A stretch of 64,000 nt of DNA from Candidatus Latescibacterota bacterium (GCA_965197905.1 CBDAOB010000005.1:1696001-1760000); one strand, 5' to 3'. Numbered from the stretch's first letter, positions 1-10,007 are shown. The notes: a model not told the origin generated them from the letters alone. Program-made: numbers and translations.

Positions 1-2
1 AC

Positions 3-644
3 CTGGTTGAGGTACAGAACGAATATCGACCCATGCTGGTGCGCTCCAAATGTGCACCGCACTTTAAACGCATTGCCTTTGAAAGAGCACTGGGGGGTCT
101 AGAGAGCGGGGGGTGCATGGCAGGCACTCAGTATGGACGGATTACACCTGAAGGAAATGTGACGCCTTGCCCGTATATGACGGTCGAGGTTGGCAACATT
201 AGGGAAAACAGCCTTACAGAGATTTGGCAGACTGCACCAGTTTTTCGGGAATTGAGGGATCTGAAGCAGCTCAAGGGCCGCTGTGGAGACTGTGAGTTTA
301 AGGAGTTATGCGGCGGCTGTCGCTGTCGGGCTTACGCTGCTTATGGCGATTACTTGCAGGAAGATCCGGCCTGTAGATACCAACCGTCTGGCCAGCCTTT
401 GCAACTCGAAAGAATCACTTGGACTTCGGAAGCCAAGTCCCGTCTTGAGCGCATCCCTATCGCCTTTATCCGCGAGAAGGTCAAGAAGGGAGTGGAGACG
501 TACGCGCAACGTATTGGGGCTCGTGCTATCACCGCAGAATTGATGAAAATGGCAACCGCCGGCATGGAACGGCCGGCGGTTGCAAACGGCACTGCCCATT
601 TGACTGCTACGTCAGATGTGGAGAGTGGCTCTGAACCGGAATAA
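3..644 (+). CDS. Radical SAM/SPASM protein (NirJ/AhbD-like), 5'-truncated by window edge, with C-terminal PCP_red-like domain
   Basis: Frame open from window start; SPASM cysteines CMAG..PC..CGDCEFKELCGGCRCRAY..EDPAC; tail WTSEAKSRLERIPIAFIREKVKKGVETYA. Confidence 0.85.
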   Translation: MVEVQNEYRPMLVRSKCAPHFKRIAFERALGGLESGGCMAGTQYGRITPEGNVTPCPYMTVEVGNIRENSLTEIWQTAPVFRELRDLKQLKGRCGDCEFKELCGGCRCRAYAAYGDYLQEDPACRYQPSGQPLQLERITWTSEAKSRLERIPIAFIREKVKKGVETYAQRIGARAITAELMKMATAGMERPAVANGTAHLTATSDVESGSEPE

Positions 645-667
645 TACTTAAATTTCCAATTTTTCGT

Positions 668-1075
668 TTGATATTACTCGACAATCCTATTGACCTCATG
701 CAGCTCAGCAACCCAAAACCTCACTGGAACGAACTCGAGTTTCTTAGCTGGAAAGAGTTCAAGCAGATGGCCCCCTCTATCATCCAGCTGGAGATATCCC
801 GTATCGGAGACATGATCAATGCCCGGGCTACGCACATCGACTTCCGCAACGTGCTCGTGAGGGCCCGGTTTGAATTGCGAAAACTCCAGGAGTGTCTTCA
901 GCAGGCAGACAGGCCGCCGCTGAAGGATTGTTGTGTTGCACATCTTCGGACTGCGATAATAGGTCTTTCCATTCAGAATCATATACAGGACAAGAATGCG
1001 GCGACAACATTGAAGTACACTTGTGACAGATTGAACTCCGTTCTGAAGAGGATCGATCTGATATTCCAAAACTGA
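668..1075 (+). CDS. Hypothetical helical protein
   Basis: 135-aa ORF tightly packed and co-oriented within the cluster; no recognisable motif. Confidence 0.6.
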   Translation: MILLDNPIDLMQLSNPKPHWNELEFLSWKEFKQMAPSIIQLEISRIGDMINARATHIDFRNVLVRARFELRKLQECLQQADRPPLKDCCVAHLRTAIIGLSIQNHIQDKNAATTLKYTCDRLNSVLKRIDLIFQN

Positions 1076-1135
1076 TAGAAAGTTCCTTTCGAGCTGGATC
1101 ACTGACATTCCTAAGACCCATTTGGAGGCCGATAA

Positions 1136-3073
1136 ATGTTCAAAAAGATCTACGTCCCTGTTGATAGCTCTGAGCACTCGATGACGTGCGCGGAGCTGGC
1201 GATTGATCTGGCGAAGAGGTTTGGCTCCGAGTTGGTGGGTTGCCATGCATATGCCGCCAAGATGCACGACATCCGATTCAGGCAGATGGAATTTACGCTG
1301 CCTGCAGAATATCAAGTGGAACAAGAGTTGGAGAAGCAGCGAAGTATACACGACACGCTGATCACAATGGGACTAGAGCTCATTTCGGACTCCTATTTGG
1401 AAGACATGAAGAAGAAATGCGAGACCGAGAAGCTTCCCTTCGAACAGAAGATGATGGACGGCAAGAACTTCAAGATCCTCGTTGATGACATTAACACCAG
1501 CGATTACGACCTGGTGATCATCGGTGCGCTGGGCCTCGGCGCCGTTCGGGATAGCACAATCGGAAGCGTCTGTGAAAGGGTGGTCAGAAGAACCAAGACC
1601 GATACGCTGGTTATCAAGAATACCTCTCCCTTGGAAGATCAGCTCAGTGGAAACGGCAATGGAGAGGTCAAGCATGAACTTGGCAATGGAGGCAATATCG
1701 TTGTCTGCGTCGACGGCAGCCCTGAATCCTTTGCCGGGCTGAGAACAGCCATCTCCCTCGGGAGGGCTGTAAACAGAGAAGTGGAGGCCATCGCCGTCTA
1801 TGATCCCTATCTGCATTATACCATGTTCAACAGCATCGCAAATGTCTTAACCGAGAAGGCATCGAAAGTATTTAAGTTCAAAGAGCAGGAGCAGCTGCAC
1901 GAAGATGTAATCGACACAGGCCTGGCAAAGATATATCAGTCCCACCTGGAGGTCGCACGAAAGATCGCCAAGGAATACGACCTCGACTTGAGGATAACCC
2001 TTCTCGATGGCAAGGCCTTTGAGAAGATTATCCAATATGTAAGACGTGAAAGACCATGGCTCTTGGTTGTAGGACGGATTGGTGTGCACAGCGATGAAGA
2101 CATGGATGTTGGCAGCAATACCGAAAATCTTCTTCGCTTGGCGCCCTGCAACGTTTTTCTGTCCAGCAAGCGATTTACCCCGGCCATCGATGTTCAGGCG
2201 GAGGAATCGATGACGTGGACTGAAGAGGCAACCGCAATCTTGAATACGGCGCCGGAAGGGGTGAGGGGCATAGCCCGTACGACCATACACAGGTGGGCCA
2301 TGGAACGGGGGCATTCGGTCATAACAAGGAAAGTGATCGAGAATGCAATGGCGAGCATATTGCCGGAAAAAGCGATGAGGGCCATGGGGATTATCGCCGA
2401 GGAAGTCGCCGTCGAAAAGGGAAATTTGCTGGAATCAGAGACCTATATCTGTCGCGAGTGCGGCTATGCCGCCCGCGACGTGGAGCCGGTGGTCTGCCCG
2501 GTCTGCCATGGCCCTGCGGGAGGATTCCAGAAGATCGACAAACAAGCCATAGAGAATCTCGCACCGCTGGAAGGAGACATTGATGAAGAGAGAACCTTCG
2601 ACAACCTGAAGTTGAAATGGACCAGCGAAGCAAAGCAGGCCTTGCACGGTGTGCCATCAGGTTACCAGAGAAGAAGGGCGAGAGCGCAAATCGAAAAAAG
2701 CGTCAGGGTGCGCAAGCTTCCAACCATCACCAGGGAGTTGGTCTTGGAGCTTGCCGGGGACATTATCGAAGAAACCAAGAACCTGGAAGAGCGCGGCCGA
2801 CTGAAGAAGGAGATGTCCGGCACGGAAAGCGTTCTCGAGCAACATGTCATTCAGGATGGCAACTTCCGATGGAGCGCCTCCGCCGTGGCTAGGCTGAATC
2901 GCGTCCCTGAGGGATTCATGCGTGATCAGACAAAGGAACGAATAGAAAATTGCGCTAAAACGAAGTCTGTGGATTTCATTAACCTAGAAATCGCAGAGGA
3001 GGGGATTGCGGAAAGCCGAAACATCATGGCGGAGACGATACGAAGAAACAACGAAGATGAATCCCGCAACTGA
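1136..3073 (+). CDS. Universal stress protein (2x USP) fused to three PCP_red-like domains and a rubredoxin-like knuckle
   Basis: MFKKIYVPVDSS and GSVCERVVR; second USP VVCVDGS..GSNTENLLR; CRECGY..CPVC; three W(T/S)xxA..L..(I/V/A)P repeats; GGAGG RBS. Confidence 0.85.
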   Translation: MFKKIYVPVDSSEHSMTCAELAIDLAKRFGSELVGCHAYAAKMHDIRFRQMEFTLPAEYQVEQELEKQRSIHDTLITMGLELISDSYLEDMKKKCETEKLPFEQKMMDGKNFKILVDDINTSDYDLVIIGALGLGAVRDSTIGSVCERVVRRTKTDTLVIKNTSPLEDQLSGNGNGEVKHELGNGGNIVVCVDGSPESFAGLRTAISLGRAVNREVEAIAVYDPYLHYTMFNSIANVLTEKASKVFKFKEQEQLHEDVIDTGLAKIYQSHLEVARKIAKEYDLDLRITLLDGKAFEKIIQYVRRERPWLLVVGRIGVHSDEDMDVGSNTENLLRLAPCNVFLSSKRFTPAIDVQAEESMTWTEEATAILNTAPEGVRGIARTTIHRWAMERGHSVITRKVIENAMASILPEKAMRAMGIIAEEVAVEKGNLLESETYICRECGYAARDVEPVVCPVCHGPAGGFQKIDKQAIENLAPLEGDIDEERTFDNLKLKWTSEAKQALHGVPSGYQRRRARAQIEKSVRVRKLPTITRELVLELAGDIIEETKNLEERGRLKKEMSGTESVLEQHVIQDGNFRWSASAVARLNRVPEGFMRDQTKERIENCAKTKSVDFINLEIAEEGIAESRNIMAETIRRNNEDESRN

Positions 3074-3112
3074 CAAAAAAAGCACTAATCCGCGCCCTCT
3101 GCGGTAAGCAAA

Positions 3113-4033
3113 ATGAAAACCTACAAAGACATAGCCGGCGACGGCGGATCGAATATTGTTGAGCAGGTTGCCGCCCAGTTAGACCGTGTGAAGTCAAGGA
3201 TGGCTTCCGTGCGGCATATTGTTGCCGTTATGAGTGGCAAGGGCGGAGTCGGAAAGAGTTCCGTCGTCGTGAATCTTGCCTCGGCCTTCGCCCTTCAGGA
3301 TTACTCCGTGGGAATTTTGGATGCCGACATCAACGGTTCGTCTATACCAAAGATGACCGGAGTTCGCGGACACCCGTTGGAGACCGGTCATACCGGAATG
3401 ATGCCCAAGGCGGCCGCTCGAAATCTTAAGGTTATGTCGATTGATCTGTTTTTGTCTGATGACAGCGCGCCGATTATTTGGGACGCCCCCACACAGAAGG
3501 ACGCTTATACCTGGCGCGGCATGATGGAGGCTGCGGCCATTCGCGAATTAATGTCCGACACGGAATGGGGCGAATTGGATTTCTTATTCATTGACCTGCC
3601 GCCAGGAACCGACAAGCTGCCGAATATGTTGGACCTACTCCCGAAAATTTCGGGCACCATTATTGTGACGATCCCATCAGGGCTGTCCCAGTTCGTTGTC
3701 GGTAAATCAATTAAAATGGCGAAGGAATTGCTGCAAACACCGGTGATAGGGTTGGTCGAGAATATGTCGGCGTATATATGCAGTCAATGTGGCCATGAGG
3801 AGGAATTGTTTCCGGGAAGTATCGTCGAGGAGTTGGCGGAACAGCATGATGTGCCGTATCTCGGCAGGATTCCGTTCGACCCGAGAATGGCCGTTTGTGC
3901 TGATGAAGGTTCGCTTTATATCCAAAAGCACAGCGACTTACCGGTTACAAATGCGATCGGGCAGATTGCTCAAAGGGTAAGAGAGTTTTTGAAAACGGAG
4001 GAAAATAATGAAATTCCTATGTGTGGAATGTGA
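3113..4033 (+). CDS. Mrp/NBP35 family Fe-S carrier ATPase
   Basis: SGKGGVGKS Walker A, DADING, WGELDFLFIDLPPGT, VENMS..CSQC. Confidence 0.92.
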   Translation: MKTYKDIAGDGGSNIVEQVAAQLDRVKSRMASVRHIVAVMSGKGGVGKSSVVVNLASAFALQDYSVGILDADINGSSIPKMTGVRGHPLETGHTGMMPKAAARNLKVMSIDLFLSDDSAPIIWDAPTQKDAYTWRGMMEAAAIRELMSDTEWGELDFLFIDLPPGTDKLPNMLDLLPKISGTIIVTIPSGLSQFVVGKSIKMAKELLQTPVIGLVENMSAYICSQCGHEEELFPGSIVEELAEQHDVPYLGRIPFDPRMAVCADEGSLYIQKHSDLPVTNAIGQIAQRVREFLKTEENNEIPMCGM

Positions 4034-4514
4034 CGAACCGATGAAACTGAAGGACACCAAAGGCCCCGACGACGGCTCCATGACCGTTGTCTTCAATTGC
4101 CCAAAATGCGAACGCCAAATCGCTATGCTGACCAACCAAATGGAAACGCAAATGGTACGGTCGCTTGATGTGAAGCTTGGTGCAGGCTCAATCCAGACAG
4201 AGCCCATGGAAACGATTAGGAGTTCTTTGGCCCAAAAACACGACGATGTCCTTACATCATCGATTCATTCTCATGATGAAGCAGACCAAATAGAGTCAGG
4301 TTCCAAGTGTCCGTTTTCCGGAGCCGTTGCCGATGCCTTCGAAATCTCTGGCGAAATCGTCTGGACCCAGGAGGCTGAGGAACGTCTTGGCAGAATCCCA
4401 CCATTTGCCCGATCAATGGCCAAGCAGGGAATTGAACAGCACGCCCGCGAAAGGGGATATAAAGAAATTAGTGATGCGGTGATGGAGGAAGTGAGGGATC
4501 AGTTTGCGATGTGA
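4008..4514 (+). CDS. Zn-ribbon plus PCP_red-like domain protein
   Basis: CVECD..CPKC N-terminus, SKCPF motif, WTQEAEERLGRIPPFARSMAKQGIEQHARERG C-terminus; overlaps the Mrp gene end. Confidence 0.8.
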   Translation: MKFLCVECDEPMKLKDTKGPDDGSMTVVFNCPKCERQIAMLTNQMETQMVRSLDVKLGAGSIQTEPMETIRSSLAQKHDDVLTSSIHSHDEADQIESGSKCPFSGAVADAFEISGEIVWTQEAEERLGRIPPFARSMAKQGIEQHARERGYKEISDAVMEEVRDQFAM

Positions 4515-4541
4515 GTCTGAAGCGGTCTAACCAACTGAACT

Positions 4542-5102
4542 GTGCAGCAGCTGCCGATGCCCTCCTCTAGAGCGATACACCTGACCCCGAAGCAGTTTGG
4601 CGCCACCAATGCCCTCGTGACCCTCACGGCGATGAGCTTCCTGGTCTGGGTGGTCTACTTCCACGAGGGGGATGGCAGCGCTTCGCAGGGGACAACGCTA
4701 CCCCTGATCAACGCGATCTTGAACGGCACAAGCGCTGCCCTAATCTCAGTGGGGCTGTGGGCAATCAAGCAGCGCAAGCGCACGCTGCACATGCAGCTGA
4801 TGCTAGCTGCGTTCGCGTCGTCGGCGCTGTTTCTTGTGAACTACATCTACTACCATTTTTCCCACGGAGATACGCACTTTTCGGGCCACGGAATCATCCG
4901 ACCCATTTACTTCACGGTGCTCATCAGCCACATTCTGCTGTCGATGGTGACCTTCCCGATGATTCTGACGTCATTATATCTCGGACTGAGCAATCGTCTC
5001 GATACCCATAAGCGGCTATCCAAGTGGACGTGGCTGGGGTGGATGTATGTCTCGGTCACGGGAATCGTGGTCTATCTCATGCTCCACGTGGTCGGCTGGT
5101 AA
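4542..5102 (+). CDS. DUF420 / CtaM-like membrane protein (oxidase assembly)
   Basis: INAILNGTS..HMQLMLAA..SALFLVNYIYYH..YFTVLISHILL..HKRL..WMYVSVTGIVVYLM. Confidence 0.85.
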   Translation: MQQLPMPSSRAIHLTPKQFGATNALVTLTAMSFLVWVVYFHEGDGSASQGTTLPLINAILNGTSAALISVGLWAIKQRKRTLHMQLMLAAFASSALFLVNYIYYHFSHGDTHFSGHGIIRPIYFTVLISHILLSMVTFPMILTSLYLGLSNRLDTHKRLSKWTWLGWMYVSVTGIVVYLMLHVVGW

Positions 5103-5203
5103 GTAGAGGAAATTTTGACTAGTTTTGTCAACGCAGCTACCAACCCCATTGAGAGAGCAAGCCGCAACTCTAACGTCGCGAAAAGGATAAAAGGAGTTTT
5201 TCT

Positions 5204-5917
5204 ATGCTAGACTGGCTGCCGGAAAACATATCGACCTACGGAGCAGAGATCGACTCTCTTTTTTACATACTCTACTATATAACTTTGGCAACCTTCATTC
5301 TGGTGGCGGCAGCCATGGTAATATTCATGATCAAGTACCGTCACCGCGAGGGGCACCGGGCGAAATACGTTCACGGGCACGCTGGCCTAGAGATTACATG
5401 GACTGCTCTCACGGCGGTGACCGTGATTGCATTTGGCTTGATGAGCGCGCCATTGTGGACCAAAATAAAGCAAGATGTACCTCCTTATGAGATTCAAGTT
5501 CAGGTGAGCGGCAAGCAGTTTAACTGGGACGTTCTCTATCCCGGACCGGACGGAGAGTTTGGTACACAGGATGATCTCGAGATCGAGAACATGGTCCACG
5601 TTCCGGTTAATAAGGTCGTGCGGGTTGTTCTTACATCGCGGGACGTCATTCACAGTTTCTTCGTGCCGGTCCTGCGCCTGAAGCAGGATTCTCTGCCAGG
5701 TCGAAAGATCGATGCCTGGTTTGAAGCGACCAAGACGGGGAGATATGAGATACCCTGTGCTGAGTTGTGTGGATTCGGGCACTCCGGGATGCTCGGTTAT
5801 CTAATTGTGCACACCGATGAAGATTATAAAGCGTGGGTGCAGGAAAATTGGCCGGGGATGGAGTCGGCGATGGAGTCGGGGTCAGACCAGGGATCGAAAT
5901 CATTAGAGATCAATTAG
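5204..5917 (+). CDS. coxB: Cytochrome c oxidase subunit II (CuA)
   Basis: DVIHSFFVP..KQD and CAELCGFGHSGM CuA motif; two TM helices; no fused cytochrome c. Confidence 0.95.
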   Translation: MLDWLPENISTYGAEIDSLFYILYYITLATFILVAAAMVIFMIKYRHREGHRAKYVHGHAGLEITWTALTAVTVIAFGLMSAPLWTKIKQDVPPYEIQVQVSGKQFNWDVLYPGPDGEFGTQDDLEIENMVHVPVNKVVRVVLTSRDVIHSFFVPVLRLKQDSLPGRKIDAWFEATKTGRYEIPCAELCGFGHSGMLGYLIVHTDEDYKAWVQENWPGMESAMESGSDQGSKSLEIN

Positions 5918-5994
5918 TCGGTCGCAACCTTGGTCAAGAATGAAATGTCTAGCTAATCGGCAACAAAATTCAACTCAAAACAGAGGGGTAAGCC

Positions 5995-7839
5995 ATGGCT
6001 GAATCTGCATCTGCAAAAGACACACATGAGGTACATGCCCATGAGGACCTCGGGTTTGTGCGCACATACATCTTCTCGACCGATCATAAGATGATAGCAA
6101 AGCAGTTTCTGTTCTTGGGTCTGTTCATGATGCTTATCGGAGGCGGATTGGCGCTCATGATACGCTGGCAGTTGGGCTATCCCGAACAGCCTCTACCCCT
6201 GATAGGAGTATCACAAGAGTTTCTGGAAACGGCTGAGCCGCAAACGGCAATGGACAGTGTCTGGGAGGGATGGGATGAGGAAGGTACGGAGAATTGGCTG
6301 GTTGAAACCATGCCGTACGGGGTGATGACCGCGGCGTTCTACAACATGGTCTTCACCATGCATGCCACGATAATGATCTTTTTCGTAATTATGCCCATAC
6401 TGGTGGGATGTTTTGGCAATTTCCTCATCCCGCTCATGCTTGGCGCCCGCGATATGGCTTTCCCGAAGCTCAATATGCTTTCGTTCTGGGTCGGTGCAGT
6501 ATCGGGACTTGTGATGCTGGCAGGATTCTTCGTCTCCGGTGGACATGCCTCCACCGGGTGGACCGCCTATGCACCGCTATCCTCCAAGGCTACCTGGACG
6601 GGGGTGGATTGGGGACAAAATCTGTGGTGCATCAGCATCATTATCCTCGCCATTTCGTCCATGATGGGAGCGATAAACTACATCACTACGACCATCAACA
6701 TGCGTGCACCGGGGATGACGTGGATGCGCATGCCGCTCGTCATCTGGTCACTCTTCATCGTGGCAATTCTTCTTCTGTTGGCGCTACCCGTGTTAACCTC
6801 AGCCCTGGCGCTGCTCCTGTTCGACCGCATGGGAGGGACAAGCTTCTTCTCTCCGGCAGGCGGTGGTGAGCCGCTCCTCTGGCAGCATCTCTTCTGGTTC
6901 TTCGGCCATCCAGAGGTTTACGTTCTTATCGTTCCGGCGATGGGGATTACGTCAGATGTATTATCCGTTTTTTCTCGCAAGCCAGTTTTCGGATATGTCG
7001 CTATGGTATTTGCCATGCTTGCTCTCGCTTTCCTCTCATGGATTGTCTGGGGTCACCATATGTTCATGAGTGGAATGAATCCTGCGCTTGGCATGGCCTT
7101 CATGCTGTCGACCATGGTGATTGCGGTGCCGTCGGCGATCAAAACGTTCAATTGGCTTGGCACTATATGGGGTGGTTCAATCCACTTCACGACGCCGATG
7201 CTAAACGCGCTGGCATTTGTGGCGATGTTCGTGATTGGAGGATTGAGTGGTATTCACATGGCTATTACTCCCGTGGACATTTTTATCCACGACACCTACT
7301 ACATCGTTGCGCATATCCATTACGTTGTGTTCGGCGGAAGTATCTTCGGCATGTTTGCAGGTATTTACTTCTGGTTCCCGAAGATGTTTGGTCGCATGAT
7401 GAATGAGACTCTCGGGAAGATTCACTTCTGGCTAACCTTCATAACCTTCAACTGTACATTCATCCCGATGCACCTTATTGGAGTGGGTGGGCACATGCGG
7501 CGAATCTATAATCCGATGCAATATGAGTTCCTGCAGCCGATGCAGCCGATGAATGTCTTTATCACTGTGAGTGCATTCTGTCTTGGTGCCGCGCAGCTTG
7601 TATTTATTTTCAATTTCTGCCGGAGTCTGTATCGTGGAAAGAAAGCAGAGCAGAATCCATGGCAGGCGAATACCCTGGAGTGGAGTGCTCCATCGCCACC
7701 GCCGCATGGCAATTGGGGCGAGACGATTCCATCAGTCTATCGTGGTCCATACGAATACAGCTCTCCGGAAGTCGCCGAGGACTGGCTGCCACAGGATAAA
7801 CGGCTTGAGCCGGCAACGGCGGGTGCTAGTGGTGATTAG
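5995..7839 (+). CDS. coxA: Cytochrome c oxidase subunit I (type A1)
   Basis: STDHKMI, TMHATIMIFF, WFFGHPEVY, WGHHMF, VAHIHY, MRRIY. Confidence 0.97.
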   Translation: MAESASAKDTHEVHAHEDLGFVRTYIFSTDHKMIAKQFLFLGLFMMLIGGGLALMIRWQLGYPEQPLPLIGVSQEFLETAEPQTAMDSVWEGWDEEGTENWLVETMPYGVMTAAFYNMVFTMHATIMIFFVIMPILVGCFGNFLIPLMLGARDMAFPKLNMLSFWVGAVSGLVMLAGFFVSGGHASTGWTAYAPLSSKATWTGVDWGQNLWCISIIILAISSMMGAINYITTTINMRAPGMTWMRMPLVIWSLFIVAILLLLALPVLTSALALLLFDRMGGTSFFSPAGGGEPLLWQHLFWFFGHPEVYVLIVPAMGITSDVLSVFSRKPVFGYVAMVFAMLALAFLSWIVWGHHMFMSGMNPALGMAFMLSTMVIAVPSAIKTFNWLGTIWGGSIHFTTPMLNALAFVAMFVIGGLSGIHMAITPVDIFIHDTYYIVAHIHYVVFGGSIFGMFAGIYFWFPKMFGRMMNETLGKIHFWLTFITFNCTFIPMHLIGVGGHMRRIYNPMQYEFLQPMQPMNVFITVSAFCLGAAQLVFIFNFCRSLYRGKKAEQNPWQANTLEWSAPSPPPHGNWGETIPSVYRGPYEYSSPEVAEDWLPQDKRLEPATAGASGD

Positions 7840-7862
7840 CGGGTCGGAGGGACGGCAATTCC

Positions 7863-8759
7863 ATGGTTGAGACATTGGGCGCAGGGGTTATATCTGACCG
7901 AAAACAGATAGCGGACTTCCTTGCGCTTACGAAGCCGCGATTGGTACTGATGGTGCTGATTGCTACGCTCGCCGGCTTCTATCTCGGCTCCGTGGGAAGG
8001 TTTGATTGGATTCATCTGCTCAATACGCTTATCGGAACGGCACTCGCAGCCGGTGGATCTATTGCGTTGAACCAATATATCGAGCGCGACTTGGATGCAA
8101 AGATGAGGCGCACGAGACTTCGTCCCTTACCTGATGGACGACTTCAGCCCGACGGAGCACTGATTTTTGCCGTCGCGATTTCGCTCGGCGGAGTGCTCTA
8201 TCTATTGTTTACAGTAAATGCACTCAGCAGCCTTTTTGCTGCAATGACTGTGAGTAGCTACATATTTCTCTACACGCCTATGAAGCGCAAAACTGCATTC
8301 TGTACTGTCATAGGTGCGATTCCGGGGGCACTGCCTCCGGTGGGCGGTTGGGTAGCGGCACAAGGCTCTTTGGGCCTTGGAGCTTGGGTGCTCTTTGCCA
8401 TCATGTTCTTCTGGCAGATACCTCATTCGCTAGCTATTGGCTGGCTGGATCGCATCGACTATGAGCGGGCCGGCTTGAAGTTGCTTCCTGTTATCCACCC
8501 CGACGGAAGGAGTACAGGGCACCAAGTTGTGACCAACTGTCTGGCACTTCTTGCTATCGGCTTAATACCGACACTTATGGGGCTTGCGGGTTCGATCTAT
8601 TTCTTTACCGCTTTCGTGGTGGGAATCGTATTCCTCTGGTATGGGGTTCGTTTCGCAATTTTCCGCTCTACGGTAGCCGCACGGCGTCTGTTGTTGGCTT
8701 CGTACTTGTATATACCGCTTCAGCTTGGAATGATGTCATTCGATAAGCTGCCCTTTTAG
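7863..8759 (+). CDS. ctaB: Heme o synthase (protoheme IX farnesyltransferase)
   Basis: LTKPR, NQYIERDLDAKMRRTRLRPLPDG, YTPMKRKT, GAIPGALPP, FFWQIPH. Confidence 0.95.
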   Translation: MVETLGAGVISDRKQIADFLALTKPRLVLMVLIATLAGFYLGSVGRFDWIHLLNTLIGTALAAGGSIALNQYIERDLDAKMRRTRLRPLPDGRLQPDGALIFAVAISLGGVLYLLFTVNALSSLFAAMTVSSYIFLYTPMKRKTAFCTVIGAIPGALPPVGGWVAAQGSLGLGAWVLFAIMFFWQIPHSLAIGWLDRIDYERAGLKLLPVIHPDGRSTGHQVVTNCLALLAIGLIPTLMGLAGSIYFFTAFVVGIVFLWYGVRFAIFRSTVAARRLLLASYLYIPLQLGMMSFDKLPF

Positions 8760-8859
8760 CAGAAAGCACCGCTTTCCGGCGCTTCGCTTCGGGATTGTTG
8801 GGGGAGAGAAACTAGCTGTATGAATCGCTGCGGGGCGGGAAGTGTTGCAGGAGAAGAAA

Positions 8860-8970
8860 GTGGGCAATCAGGATTTAGAGCAACGAAACCAACGTGTAAG
8901 ATTGATCCTGCTAGCAATAGTGATTTTTCTCATTGTATTCACGGTAATCACCGTAGTTGTTCGGAATTAA
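8860..8970 (+). CDS. Small single-pass membrane protein (36 aa, CoxF-like)
   Basis: AGGAG RBS, GTG start, translates MGNQDLEQRNQRVRLILLAIVIFLIVFTVITVVVRN*; below the ORF-track cutoff. Confidence 0.7.
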   Translation: MGNQDLEQRNQRVRLILLAIVIFLIVFTVITVVVRN

Positions 8971-9006
8971 AGTTGGAATTAGCCGTATGGATGTAGAAGA
9001 GTAAAG

Positions 9007-9708
9007 ATGTCAACAGGAACCTTGGATATTGACCATAGCGTAAAGGAAGCTACGGGAGCCAGGGATATTGGAGAGGGGTTGCCACCCATATTCCCTCCAG
9101 ATCCCGGCGACAACAACCGTGGCGATGACAATAACCGTGGTGATGGTGAAGATGAGCAACCCGTAGGCAATGTCTACATTGGCATGCTGTTGTTCGTAGG
9201 GGCAGAAGTGATGTTTTTTGCCGGGCTAATCGGTGCCTTTATCGTATTCCGTTTCGGAAGCTCGATGTGGCCGCCACCCCTTCAGCCTCGTCTACCTGTC
9301 GAAGTAACCGGTGTTAACACCGCTATCTTGCTTCTCAGTGCCTACACCATGTATCTAGCTTGGAGGGCGGCAATAGGTGGAAATAGGAGCAGGCTCCTAC
9401 AAGGATTGTGGATGACAGCAATTCTTGGAACAATCTTTCTTGCTGTGCAAGGGTACGAGTGGATTAGGCTTCTGGGATTTGGTCTCACCATGTCATCAAG
9501 CGTTTACGGAGCAACTTTTTATACATTGATTGGCTGCCATGGTCTTCATGTGTTTGGCGCATTGTGCTGGTTGCTTGTGGTTCTAACAATGGCGAGAAGC
9601 AATCGGTTCTCAGCAAAGAAGCATGTTGCCTTGGACCTCTGCGGAATCTACTGGGGCTTTGTAACAGTTCTCTGGCCCGTTCTTTATGCGCTTGTTTATC
9701 TGAATTGA
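9007..9708 (+). CDS. coxC: Cytochrome c oxidase subunit III (first copy)
   Basis: GMLLFVGAEVMFFAGL, NTAILLLS, QGYEW, FYTLIGCHGLHV, YWGFV. Confidence 0.9.
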   Translation: MSTGTLDIDHSVKEATGARDIGEGLPPIFPPDPGDNNRGDDNNRGDGEDEQPVGNVYIGMLLFVGAEVMFFAGLIGAFIVFRFGSSMWPPPLQPRLPVEVTGVNTAILLLSAYTMYLAWRAAIGGNRSRLLQGLWMTAILGTIFLAVQGYEWIRLLGFGLTMSSSVYGATFYTLIGCHGLHVFGALCWLLVVLTMARSNRFSAKKHVALDLCGIYWGFVTVLWPVLYALVYLN

Positions 9709-9725
9709 GGCAGAAACGAAGGCTA

Positions 9726-10007
9726 ATGCCAAATAAATGTTTGACAATTGTTCTTGGGATCATACTCATGGTCTTACTAATCCCCATTACCGTGCACGCG
9801 TGTCCGATGTGCGTGGAAGCCTTGAAGGGCTCGGAGGTGGGTCGTGGTTTCAATACAAGCATTCTATTCCTTCTATTGATGCCCTTTGCCCTTGTTAGCT
9901 CGATCGGTGGTGGATTGTTTTTCTATCTACGCCGGAATTCACCTTCACGCCAGAAACAAAATACCTATGTAACAGCTAACTCCAATGTGGAAGGAGAGCA
10001 ACGTTGA
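9726..10007 (+). CDS. Small exported/membrane protein with CPMC motif
   Basis: Signal-like N-terminus ending VHA-CPMC, then a TM helix; lies between the two subunit III genes. Confidence 0.7.
   Translation: MPNKCLTIVLGIILMVLLIPITVHACPMCVEALKGSEVGRGFNTSILFLLLMPFALVSSIGGGLFFYLRRNSPSRQKQNTYVTANSNVEGEQR

Noticed and set aside
1..4514. Chlorophyll biosynthesis implied by PCP_red domains
   Set aside because: No bchL/N/B catalytic domains or photosynthesis genes in the window; only the small accessory domain is present
9106..9147. GDNNRGDDNNRGD mini repeat
   Set aside because: Low-complexity N-terminal linker of subunit III
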